This document shows, piece after piece, positions 17,521-25,641 of a stretch of DNA of 34,856 nt (position 1 is the first letter of the stretch; every line of letters starts with the position of its first letter). A model generated the notes under the pieces. The model saw nothing but the letters and a program-made list of their open reading frames with translations, was not told where the DNA came from and searched no databases. Location: positions 1-34,856 of the forward strand of contig CBDTYO010000003.1 in assembly GCA_965364615.1 (NCBI GenBank), read 5' to 3'. The translations under genes were made by a program, and so were the position numbers. This DNA is from an uncultured Bacteroidia bacterium (GTDB lineage Bacteria > Bacteroidota > Bacteroidia > Bacteroidales > GCA-2748055).

Positions 17521-18687
17521 TTATGAATTTTGAACGCTTCGGCGGAATTCCGAGGGTGTCTGGCCGGTTTGTTTCTTGAACACAGTATTGAAGCTCGATT
17601 TTGAATTGTATCCCACCTGCTCGGCGATGTCCTCCACGGTGAGTTTTGCCTCCCGGTCCTCACGGATCAGGCGCTTGGCTTCCTCTACCCGGTACCAGGC
17701 CAGCAGCTCGAAAAAGCCCTTTCCCATCACCTCGTTGATCACCTGGGAAACATGGTGCGAACTTTCCCTGATGGTATGGGCCAGATCCGAAAGGGAGGCC
17801 AGGTTGCCGGCGAAGTAGCGATTTTCAACCATTTCCCTGAGGATCTTCTGATGGATGGCAGATTTCTCCTGCTCACTCAGCGATGATTTCTCATATTTCG
17901 TGCCGGGAAACTGAAGAAAAAACTGGGGCTGGCCAAAGAAGGTCGAATTTCTCACCACCAAAATGGAAGTGGAGAAGATCATGAAGGAGAGATAGGTGGA
18001 GATGAGGTAATCCCCGATATCCCTCCCAAAATAGAGCTTGGCAAAGGCGAAAATCCCGATGATGATCACGAAATGAATCCCCACATTCCTTGCCAGTCTG
18101 AGCTTGGGATCTTTGAGCCTGAACATCCGTTCATTCAGTTCCTTCATCCTCCTGGTAACCAAAATGAACATGGCTACTACATAGCCCGTAAAATGCACCG
18201 CGGTCATTTGGTTGATGTAGTGCCGGAGACCCAGGGGATCGTCGCTGAACCTTTGGACCACTTCCAGAAATTGCCAGTCGGGGTGCTTCGTGTCCAGGTA
18301 AGAATTGTATTTCAGTTCAATGGGTTGGATGAAATAGGGCAGCATGTAGAGTATCCAGAACGCAAACAGAAGGAAGTGCGGCCATACCTTCCTTTTCGAA
18401 TCCGGGTACAACAGGCTCCGGATATAGAGAAAGGCCAGTGGACCAAAAGAGAAATTGGTGGGTTCGGCAAAATTGGAGATGGGCAGGACCCTGGTAATGT
18501 ACCCCGTATTGTTCAGGAGCTCTTCCAGCATGGCCATGGTCAGGAACAATAGAAGCAAGCCCTGGTACAAATTGGGTTTTACATCCCTTCTCCCGCTTTG
18601 TATGAAGAAAAAGGAAATGAAAATCCCCTGGATGACCCCCAGAAAGATGATCAGGTCGAACACCGATATGAAAGTATCCGTGATCAT
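17521..18687 (-). CDS. Membrane-anchored AraC family transcriptional regulator
   Basis: About 7 hydrophobic segments, KYEKSSL linker, HHVSQVINE, RVEEAKRL, IAEQVGYNSKSSFNTVFKKQTGQTPSEFR. Confidence 0.93.
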   Translation of the reverse strand: MITDTFISVFDLIIFLGVIQGIFISFFFIQSGRRDVKPNLYQGLLLLFLTMAMLEELLNNTGYITRVLPISNFAEPTNFSFGPLAFLYIRSLLYPDSKRKVWPHFLLFAFWILYMLPYFIQPIELKYNSYLDTKHPDWQFLEVVQRFSDDPLGLRHYINQMTAVHFTGYVVAMFILVTRRMKELNERMFRLKDPKLRLARNVGIHFVIIIGIFAFAKLYFGRDIGDYLISTYLSFMIFSTSILVVRNSTFFGQPQFFLQFPGTKYEKSSLSEQEKSAIHQKILREMVENRYFAGNLASLSDLAHTIRESSHHVSQVINEVMGKGFFELLAWYRVEEAKRLIREDREAKLTVEDIAEQVGYNSKSSFNTVFKKQTGQTPSEFRRSVQNS

Positions 18688-18711
18688 CCTGCTAATGTAA
18701 GAATAATGTGT

Positions 18712-19719
18712 TTACGAAGCGCCGGCCACTTTCACCACCATCTTTCCCTTGTTCCGGCCTTCAAATAGGTCGAGAAATGCCTGAGGGAGCTGATTAAAAC
18801 CCTCCACCAGGGTTTCGGTATACTTCAGCCTGCCTTCTGCCAGCCACTGGGCCAGCTGTTGCATGGCTTCGGGAAATTTGGCCTCAAAATCGTTGACAAT
18901 GAATCCCTGCATCAGGGCACTGTTTCGGACCAGGAAGGGTTGTACGCTCAGGCTCTGGGGCAGGGAAGTTTCGTTGTAGACCGAAATGGCTCCACACACC
19001 ACGATCCTGGCAAACTGGTTGATCCTGACCAGTACCGCATCAGAAATACTGCCTCCCACATTGTCGAAGTACACATCCACGCCATCGGGACAGGCAGCGG
19101 CAATGGCCTTCCGCATGTGTTTCACAGTCTTGTAATTGATGGCAGCATCAAAGCCAAACTCCGATGTGAGCAAAGCACACTTTTCATCCGATCCGGCAAT
19201 CCCGACCACGCGGCAGCCCGAAATTCCGGCCACCTGTCCTGCCACACTGCCCACTGCCCCTGCAGCACCTGAAACCACCACGGTCTCGCCTTTTTTGGGC
19301 TTTCCAATTTCGGACATTCCCAGGTAGGCCGTCAGGCCGGGCATCCCCAGAACTCCCAGGTATGCAGAAAGGGGAGCTTTTTCTGCATCTACCTTGTACA
19401 CCCCCCTGCCCCGGGAGGTCTGGTATTCTTTCCACTCCAGCATGCCATACACATGATCGCCCTTGCGGAATCCCCTGTGATCTGATTCCACCACTTCGGC
19501 AATGATGCCTGAGCTAATGGCCTTGTTCAGTTCAAAAGGCGGGATATAGGATTTTGCATCGTTCATCCGGCCCCTGAGGTAAGGATCCACAGATACATAC
19601 AAAGTTTTGAGCAGCAACTCTCCAGGTTTGATGACCGGCAACTCTTCGGAAACGAATTTGAAATCGCTATGCTTTGGCAGACCCACAGGTCTTTTGACCA
19701 ATAAGATGACTTGATTCAT
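18712..19719 (-). CDS. NADP-dependent oxidoreductase (CurA/YncB, prostaglandin reductase-like MDR family)
   Basis: Start at ATG 19719. SVDPYLRGRM, LGMPGLTAY, VSGAAGAVGS, GVDVYFDNVGG, CGAIS, NKGKMVV. Confidence 0.93.
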   Translation of the reverse strand: MNQVILLVKRPVGLPKHSDFKFVSEELPVIKPGELLLKTLYVSVDPYLRGRMNDAKSYIPPFELNKAISSGIIAEVVESDHRGFRKGDHVYGMLEWKEYQTSRGRGVYKVDAEKAPLSAYLGVLGMPGLTAYLGMSEIGKPKKGETVVVSGAAGAVGSVAGQVAGISGCRVVGIAGSDEKCALLTSEFGFDAAINYKTVKHMRKAIAAACPDGVDVYFDNVGGSISDAVLVRINQFARIVVCGAISVYNETSLPQSLSVQPFLVRNSALMQGFIVNDFEAKFPEAMQQLAQWLAEGRLKYTETLVEGFNQLPQAFLDLFEGRNKGKMVVKVAGAS

Positions 19720-19809
19720 TACAATAAAACCCATCAATCCACAATTGGTTCAGGGATGAGCTTGGTTCTTCAGAAACAATTCTCATTCCCCATTGTTCCT
19801 ATAGGAAAT

Positions 19810-22356
19810 ATGGAATCAACTGCCATCTTTGCCATCATTACTGCCATCCTGCTTATCCTCTTGTATTTTATCCGGAAATACGAGAAAGCACGCCAGGATT
19901 CCAATCGTTTGAAAGTGGAACTGGAACTGGAAAGAACAAGGCAAGCAAAACTGGAGATCCTGGATCAGCTGGAAGACGGCTACCTAGAAACCGATGCTGA
20001 AGGGATCATTAGCTACCTGAACCTCCCCTTTCTGCAAGAACTAGGCTATGATCGCAGGGAGGAGATCACAGGCATGCCGTTCACTCAGATCATCCAGGAA
20101 AACTATGTCAATGGGGCACGCAAAGCTCTCGAAGCTATTTTTCAGGATCACCAGGCCCTGGAGCATTTCAATACCAAATATGTCAGAAAGGATGGAAAAG
20201 TATTCATCGGTGAAGGCAAGTTTTCCCCCATGTATGAAGGAAGCGAAATCACAGGCTGCAAAGCCACCATCCGGAATGTGACGCAAAGATCGCAGGCCGA
20301 AAAAGAACTGGCGTTTCAGAAGGACTTCCTGGATGCTTTGCTGCAGCAGGCTCCCATAGCCATCGTGATCATCAACAAGGAAAACCTCATTTCCCATGTG
20401 AATCCCGCCTTTCAAAAACTCTTTGGCTATGCCCAGGAAGAAGTGATCGGGAAAAGCCTGGATCAATACCTGTCCTCTCCGGAAATCCTCAAAGAGATGA
20501 AGGAATATTCCCAAAACCGGTCCTCCGAGCCCCTGTATATCACCGGAAGGCGGCAAAGGAAGGACGGCAGCATGACAGAGGTGGAAGTGTTTGTGCAGCC
20601 TTTTTTCGCTGGCAGCATTAACTACGGTCACCTGGTCTTCTACAATGATATTTCGGAAAGACGAAAAGCGGAGAAAGAATTGATCGCTACCACCACGGCC
20701 CACAGGGCGGTACTCGACACGCTCCGGGACTCCTATTTTGAAGCCGATGCAGCGGGCTACCTGAGCTATGTGAACCAGGCCTTTGTAGAGGCCACCCAGT
20801 ATTCCCACCGCGATGAATTGATCGGGAAGCATTTCCGGCACCTGATCGCCAGGGACTCCCGGATAGGCTTCCTGCAGGAATTCAAAAAATTCTACGCCAG
20901 CGATCAGGGCCTGGAGCCGCTGGAGATTAACTACCTGACCAAGGACGGGGCCGAGTTTTCCAGTGAAATTGTCGCTTCTCCCATCCTGGAAGAGGGAAAA
21001 GTGGTCGGAACCCGGGGCATAGTCCGGGATATATCCATCCGGGTGAAGGCGGAAGAAATTCTCAGACAGGCCAAATTCTCAGCAGAGCAGGCCCTCAATG
21101 TGGCAGAAAGGGACCTGGAAATCGGACGGGAGATCCAACTGGGATTCTTCCCCCAGGAAATGCCAGAGATCCCTGGTTGGGAAATTGCCACCTTTTTCCA
21201 GGCCGCCCGGCAGGTTTCCGGTGATTTTTACGATGTATTCCCCATTGAACACACTACATACACCTGCATGGTGGTGGCTGATGTTTGTGACAAGGGGGTC
21301 GGAGCTGCCATGTTCATGGTCCTTCTTCGCTCCCTCATACGTTCAAACAGTGAACGTTTTCAAAAAGAAGAGCCTGCCCAGATGGCCATACACATGGCCC
21401 GTAGCGTCAACCATTACATCGTTCACACCCATGGACAATCCAATATGTTTGCCACGCTGGTCCTGGCCATCCTGGACCCTGCTTCCAGGCGTTTGCATTA
21501 TGTGAATGGCGGACATGACGCTCCCCTGTTGATCGATGCAAGGGGCAATGTGAAACAGGCATTGGAATCCACTGGCCCCGCATTTGGTTTTACCACCGAC
21601 CTGGCTTTTGAATCGGGCAGCATTGACTTTGGAGCGGGCGATGTCCTGCTTGCTTATACGGACGGCTTTACCGAGGCCAGAAATGCCTCTGGCGAGTTCT
21701 ACGGCGATGAACGCTTTGCAGGGGAAGCTGCCGGGGAATGGACCTCCGCTTTCAGTGCCGTAAAACATCTTGAACTTGCAGTGTTCTCTCACATGGCCGA
21801 ACAACCGCAGGCCGACGACCTTACCCTGCTGGCCCTGCGGCTGAACCGGGAAAATGAAGCCCCTTGCCATGGCCTGACCCTGAAAGCAGAGATGGACCAC
21901 CTGCCCGGATTCAGACAATTTGCAGGGGAAGTCTGCCAGCTGCTTCAGTTGACAGGACAAGTCTGCGACCCGGTGAAAATGATTGTCGATGAGCTGTGTT
22001 CCAATATCATCCTCCATGGATATGAAGGCAGAGAAAGGGGAACTATCCAGGTGACCATGAAGAAAGACAAGGAACACCTGGTGATCACCGTGGTGGACCA
22101 GGGCCAGGCATTCGATCCCGCTGTACTGGAAGATCCTCCTTTGGGCGAGGATATCCATGAAAGAAAAATCGGCGGACTGGGGGTATACCTGGTCAGGGAA
22201 TTGGCCTATCACATGAACTATGAAAGAAAGAATGGCAATAACCGGCTGACACGTGAAGACCAAAGTGACAAAACAAACAAACGACCATTAGCACAAGGAC
22301 ATGGAAATGAAAATGAACTATGTGAAAGGGGTGGGAGTACTGAGCATCGGTGGTGA
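19810..22356 (+). CDS. TM + 3 PAS domains + SpoIIE/PP2C phosphatase + RsbW-like Ser/Thr kinase (HATPase_c_2) fusion
   Basis: Start re-called at ATG 19810. One TM. PAS/PAC ends RNVTQR, NDISER, RDISIR. PP2C motifs VSGDFYD, VADVCDKG, YTDG, DDLT. Kinase motifs DELCSNIILHG, DQGQAFDP, GGLGVYLV. Confidence 0.92.
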   Translation: MESTAIFAIITAILLILLYFIRKYEKARQDSNRLKVELELERTRQAKLEILDQLEDGYLETDAEGIISYLNLPFLQELGYDRREEITGMPFTQIIQENYVNGARKALEAIFQDHQALEHFNTKYVRKDGKVFIGEGKFSPMYEGSEITGCKATIRNVTQRSQAEKELAFQKDFLDALLQQAPIAIVIINKENLISHVNPAFQKLFGYAQEEVIGKSLDQYLSSPEILKEMKEYSQNRSSEPLYITGRRQRKDGSMTEVEVFVQPFFAGSINYGHLVFYNDISERRKAEKELIATTTAHRAVLDTLRDSYFEADAAGYLSYVNQAFVEATQYSHRDELIGKHFRHLIARDSRIGFLQEFKKFYASDQGLEPLEINYLTKDGAEFSSEIVASPILEEGKVVGTRGIVRDISIRVKAEEILRQAKFSAEQALNVAERDLEIGREIQLGFFPQEMPEIPGWEIATFFQAARQVSGDFYDVFPIEHTTYTCMVVADVCDKGVGAAMFMVLLRSLIRSNSERFQKEEPAQMAIHMARSVNHYIVHTHGQSNMFATLVLAILDPASRRLHYVNGGHDAPLLIDARGNVKQALESTGPAFGFTTDLAFESGSIDFGAGDVLLAYTDGFTEARNASGEFYGDERFAGEAAGEWTSAFSAVKHLELAVFSHMAEQPQADDLTLLALRLNRENEAPCHGLTLKAEMDHLPGFRQFAGEVCQLLQLTGQVCDPVKMIVDELCSNIILHGYEGRERGTIQVTMKKDKEHLVITVVDQGQAFDPAVLEDPPLGEDIHERKIGGLGVYLVRELAYHMNYERKNGNNRLTREDQSDKTNKRPLAQGHGNENELCERGGSTEHRW

Positions 22357-22645
22357 ACTGGATGCGCAATCGTCCCCCGAACTTACCCGTTTTTTCAGGG
22401 AGCAGCTGGAAGAAAGCTGCCTGAATCTGGTGGCAGACCTTCAGGCATTGAAGTATTCGAGTAGTGCCGGTATACGCGTCTTTCTGGGACTGGCCAGGGA
22501 AATGAGACACAGGGGGGGTGACTTCCGGATCTCAGGGGTTCAGCCCCAGGTCGAAAAGATTTTTAAACTGAGCAAATTCGACAAGATTGTGAAGATATTC
22601 CCGGACGCGGACAAAGCCCTGGCAAGTTTTGAAGAATCCAACTAA
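22301..22645 (+). CDS. STAS-domain anti-sigma factor antagonist (RsbV/SpoIIAA-like)
   Basis: IGGELDA, DLQALKYSSSAGIRVF (phosphoacceptor Ser motif), VEKIFKLSKF. Confidence 0.92.
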   Translation: MEMKMNYVKGVGVLSIGGELDAQSSPELTRFFREQLEESCLNLVADLQALKYSSSAGIRVFLGLAREMRHRGGDFRISGVQPQVEKIFKLSKFDKIVKIFPDADKALASFEESN

Positions 22646-22654
22646 AGGAAAAAA

Positions 22655-23488
22655 ATGGCAGAAACCAAGAAACGGGTGGCATTGGTGATCGGTTCCGGTG
22701 CCATCAAATGCGCCGCATCCATCGGGATGTTCCAGGTGCTCAATGAAGAAAACATCGAGGTCGATCTGGTGGTGGGATGCAGTGGAGGGGCCATATACGG
22801 CGTCGGGATTGCTGCGGGCATGGAACTTGAAGAAATACAGGAACTGTCTGATTCCACCTGGAGCAAAGACCTGATGGAAGGCTATCTGGTGAACCTCAAA
22901 GCCTCCAAAGACGGCACGCTTGCCTTCAATGAAAGAAGCGGACTGGTAAATGATTCCTACCTGAATGAAAAGCTCAGGCTGATTTCCGGCGGAAAATCCT
23001 TCAACGATCTGAAAACCCCGTTGATCGTAGTGGCCACTGATATCACCAATGGGGAAGCGGTGGAATTGTACCAGGGGGATATCTTCGATTCCGTTCGTGC
23101 CAGCCTGGCCATTCCCATGATATTTCCGCCCTGGGAGGTGGATGGAAAGCTTTTGATCGATGGGGCTGCCTCCAATCCACTGCCCATTGATATTGCCATC
23201 CAGCAGGGTGCCGATGTAGTGCTGGCCATGGGGTTTACCCTAGATTACCGCACCAGGTTCAAGTCCATTACTGCCGTGCAGGAACATATGAGCAGCATAT
23301 ACATGAACAACATCTTCAAGAATTCCTTTGCCTTTAATAATCTGGCTCACCACTCAGAGATCTTTCCCATCATCCCGGAATTCGACAGCGTCATATCCAT
23401 GTTCGATATCCATAAAATGCCGCACATCATCGAGAAAGGCAGAGAAGCCACCCTGGAGCAGCTTCCGCACATCAAACGCATGCTGTAA
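22655..23488 (+). CDS. Patatin-like phospholipase
   Basis: Gly-rich GSGAIKC, nucleophile motif GCSGG, ATD, RASLAIP, catalytic DGA..NPLP. Confidence 0.92.
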   Translation: MAETKKRVALVIGSGAIKCAASIGMFQVLNEENIEVDLVVGCSGGAIYGVGIAAGMELEEIQELSDSTWSKDLMEGYLVNLKASKDGTLAFNERSGLVNDSYLNEKLRLISGGKSFNDLKTPLIVVATDITNGEAVELYQGDIFDSVRASLAIPMIFPPWEVDGKLLIDGAASNPLPIDIAIQQGADVVLAMGFTLDYRTRFKSITAVQEHMSSIYMNNIFKNSFAFNNLAHHSEIFPIIPEFDSVISMFDIHKMPHIIEKGREATLEQLPHIKRML

Positions 23489-23533
23489 GCTTCGCAGGAA
23501 AAACTGGTTTTCCTCGGGAATTGAGGCTATCTT

Positions 23534-25372
23534 ATGGACATGATACGACGACTGGTTCACCTTGGATGGCTTTGGGGATTCATCCTTTTCACGGCATGCC
23601 ATACTCCTGGCTTTGATATCTATGTTTCACCTGAGGGAAACGATGCGGCTGCAGGAACCCTCACAGCCCCTGTGAAAAGCCTGCATCGTGCTGCCGAACT
23701 GGCCAGGGAAAAGGCCGGAACGGCCCCCCTTACCATATACCTGTCGGGGGGAAGGTATGCGCTCACTGAGCCCCTGGTCCTGGGCCCGGGAGACGGAGGG
23801 AAAGAAGAGGCCCCGGTCCGGTGGGAGGCCTTGCCCGGGGAAACTCCAGTGGTCAGCGGAGGCATCCCCCTGGATCAATGGACCCTGGAGGAGGATGGCA
23901 GCTGGTCTGCCGAACTGCCCGGGCCTTATCAGGGCACCTTCAGGTCGCTGTATGTGAATGGCAAAATGGCCACCAGGGCACGGCACCCCAATGGAGGATA
24001 TTTGCGCGTGGGCAAAGCCGGCGAAGACCTGCGCACCCATTTCCATTTCAATGAGACAGATATCCCTGAACTATCAGATGCAGAAGGTATCGAACTGGTC
24101 TTCCTGCATGACTGGTCGGTCACCCGCATTCCGGTGAAATCCGTCGACTGGACCAGCCGGCAGCTCACCGCAGTGGACTCCATCGGTGCCAGGCTGGACT
24201 TCTTTACGATGACACACTGGGAGGAACATCCCCGGTATTACCTGGAAAATGCCCAGGAATTTTGCGACCAGGCAGGCGAATGGTACGCCGATTTCCAAGC
24301 GGGTAAAATCCGCTACCGTCCCTTCCCGGAGGATACGATCGAAAAGACCACCGGATTCATTCCTGTGGCGGAAAAGCTGCTCGTAATGCAAGGCAAACAA
24401 GGGCAGCCCCTGGAACATATCAGTTTCGCCGGCATCGCCTTTGAACATACTGCATGGACCCTGCCCGAAAAAGGATACTGCGGGGTACAGGCCTGCATGT
24501 TCAGCGATCGCAGTGCAAATTCGCAGACATGGAGCAAGGTCCCTGCAGCCATTGAACTGGACCAGGCTCAATATTGCAGTTTCCGTCAATGCACCGTGCG
24601 GAATACCGGGGGATCTGGCCTCTGGATACGCCAGAATTGCCTGGGGTGTGAGATTACCGAAAGTCATTTCCATGATATATCCGGAAATGGAATCTGCATC
24701 GGGGAAGGGAATGACCGCCTGGTGGAAGGGCAGGCCTGGTGGAAATCGAAGCCTGAAGAGGCCACTGCCCATGTCAGGGTAAGCCATACAGTCATTGAGC
24801 GCTGCGGAAGACAGTTTCATGGGGCGGTGGGGATCTGGTGCGGACTGGTGGCCCACACAGTGATTGAGCACAATGAGATCCGGGACCTTCCCTATACCGG
24901 GGTTAGCGTGGGATGGATGTGGACCCCCGAACCCACCCCCTGCCGCGAAAACACCATCCATGCCAACCACATCCACCACATCATGGCCATACTCAGCGAC
25001 GGAGGGGGGATCTACAGCCTGGGGCTGCAACCCGGAAGCCGGATCACGAAAAACCTGATCCACCATGTGCAGGTCAATGCAGGCAGGGCCGAGAGCAACG
25101 GCATGTTCCTGGACGAGGGAACCAAGGAACTGCTGATCCAGGACAACATTGTCTACGACATCGCCAAATCCCCCCTGCGTTTCCACAAGGCTTACGCTCC
25201 CACCAGGGTAAGCAACAATGTGCTTGTGTGCAGGGATGATATCCCTCCCATTGCTTATAACAATACAAGAGAATCGGATATTGAAAAAAGCGGCAACACC
25301 ATTCTGATCCAGTCCTCAGAGCCAGATATGGCCCGGCTTCAGCAGTTGATCGAAGATTTCCTGCCTGATTAA
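23534..25372 (+). CDS. Right-handed parallel beta-helix lipoprotein, GH141-like glycoside hydrolase candidate
   Basis: Lipobox FTAC. IYVSPEGND, PVVSGG, LYVNG..RARHPN, YYLEN..GEWY, HNEIRDLPYTGVSVGW, SDGGGIY, LDEG. Confidence 0.75.
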   Translation: MDMIRRLVHLGWLWGFILFTACHTPGFDIYVSPEGNDAAAGTLTAPVKSLHRAAELAREKAGTAPLTIYLSGGRYALTEPLVLGPGDGGKEEAPVRWEALPGETPVVSGGIPLDQWTLEEDGSWSAELPGPYQGTFRSLYVNGKMATRARHPNGGYLRVGKAGEDLRTHFHFNETDIPELSDAEGIELVFLHDWSVTRIPVKSVDWTSRQLTAVDSIGARLDFFTMTHWEEHPRYYLENAQEFCDQAGEWYADFQAGKIRYRPFPEDTIEKTTGFIPVAEKLLVMQGKQGQPLEHISFAGIAFEHTAWTLPEKGYCGVQACMFSDRSANSQTWSKVPAAIELDQAQYCSFRQCTVRNTGGSGLWIRQNCLGCEITESHFHDISGNGICIGEGNDRLVEGQAWWKSKPEEATAHVRVSHTVIERCGRQFHGAVGIWCGLVAHTVIEHNEIRDLPYTGVSVGWMWTPEPTPCRENTIHANHIHHIMAILSDGGGIYSLGLQPGSRITKNLIHHVQVNAGRAESNGMFLDEGTKELLIQDNIVYDIAKSPLRFHKAYAPTRVSNNVLVCRDDIPPIAYNNTRESDIEKSGNTILIQSSEPDMARLQQLIEDFLPD

Positions 25373-25607
25373 GCTCTTCCCCTGAATCACCTGTTCAGAT
25401 CATTTGAAATCACCCCTTGCAACATCCCAGGTTGAATTTTCCAGCAACCCTGAATAAATACACCGCAATGAGGTTGAGGGAATTTTGTTTCTCAGCAGGC
25501 AAGGCGGAAAATGCGAGATCCTGGTACAGTTATTCCTGTATTCCCGACGCCTGGAAACCCAATGTCCCCATCGGGATAAGTGACCCATAAAACGTGCGGG
25601 CTTCGTT

Positions 25608-25615
25608 TAGATTTG
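25608..25615 (+). promoter_or_regulatory. Bacteroidota -7 promoter element (TAGATTTG) for susC
   Basis: Exact TAnnTTTG match 26 nt before ATG 25642. Confidence 0.65.
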
Positions 25616-25641
25616 AGGTTTTAACCCATAAACGCTAATCT

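Noticed and set aside
22655-23488. Patatin as a CBASS/CapV-type anti-phage effector
   Set aside because: No CD-NTase or other defence genes nearby. The sequence looks like the RssA/NTE-type patatins.
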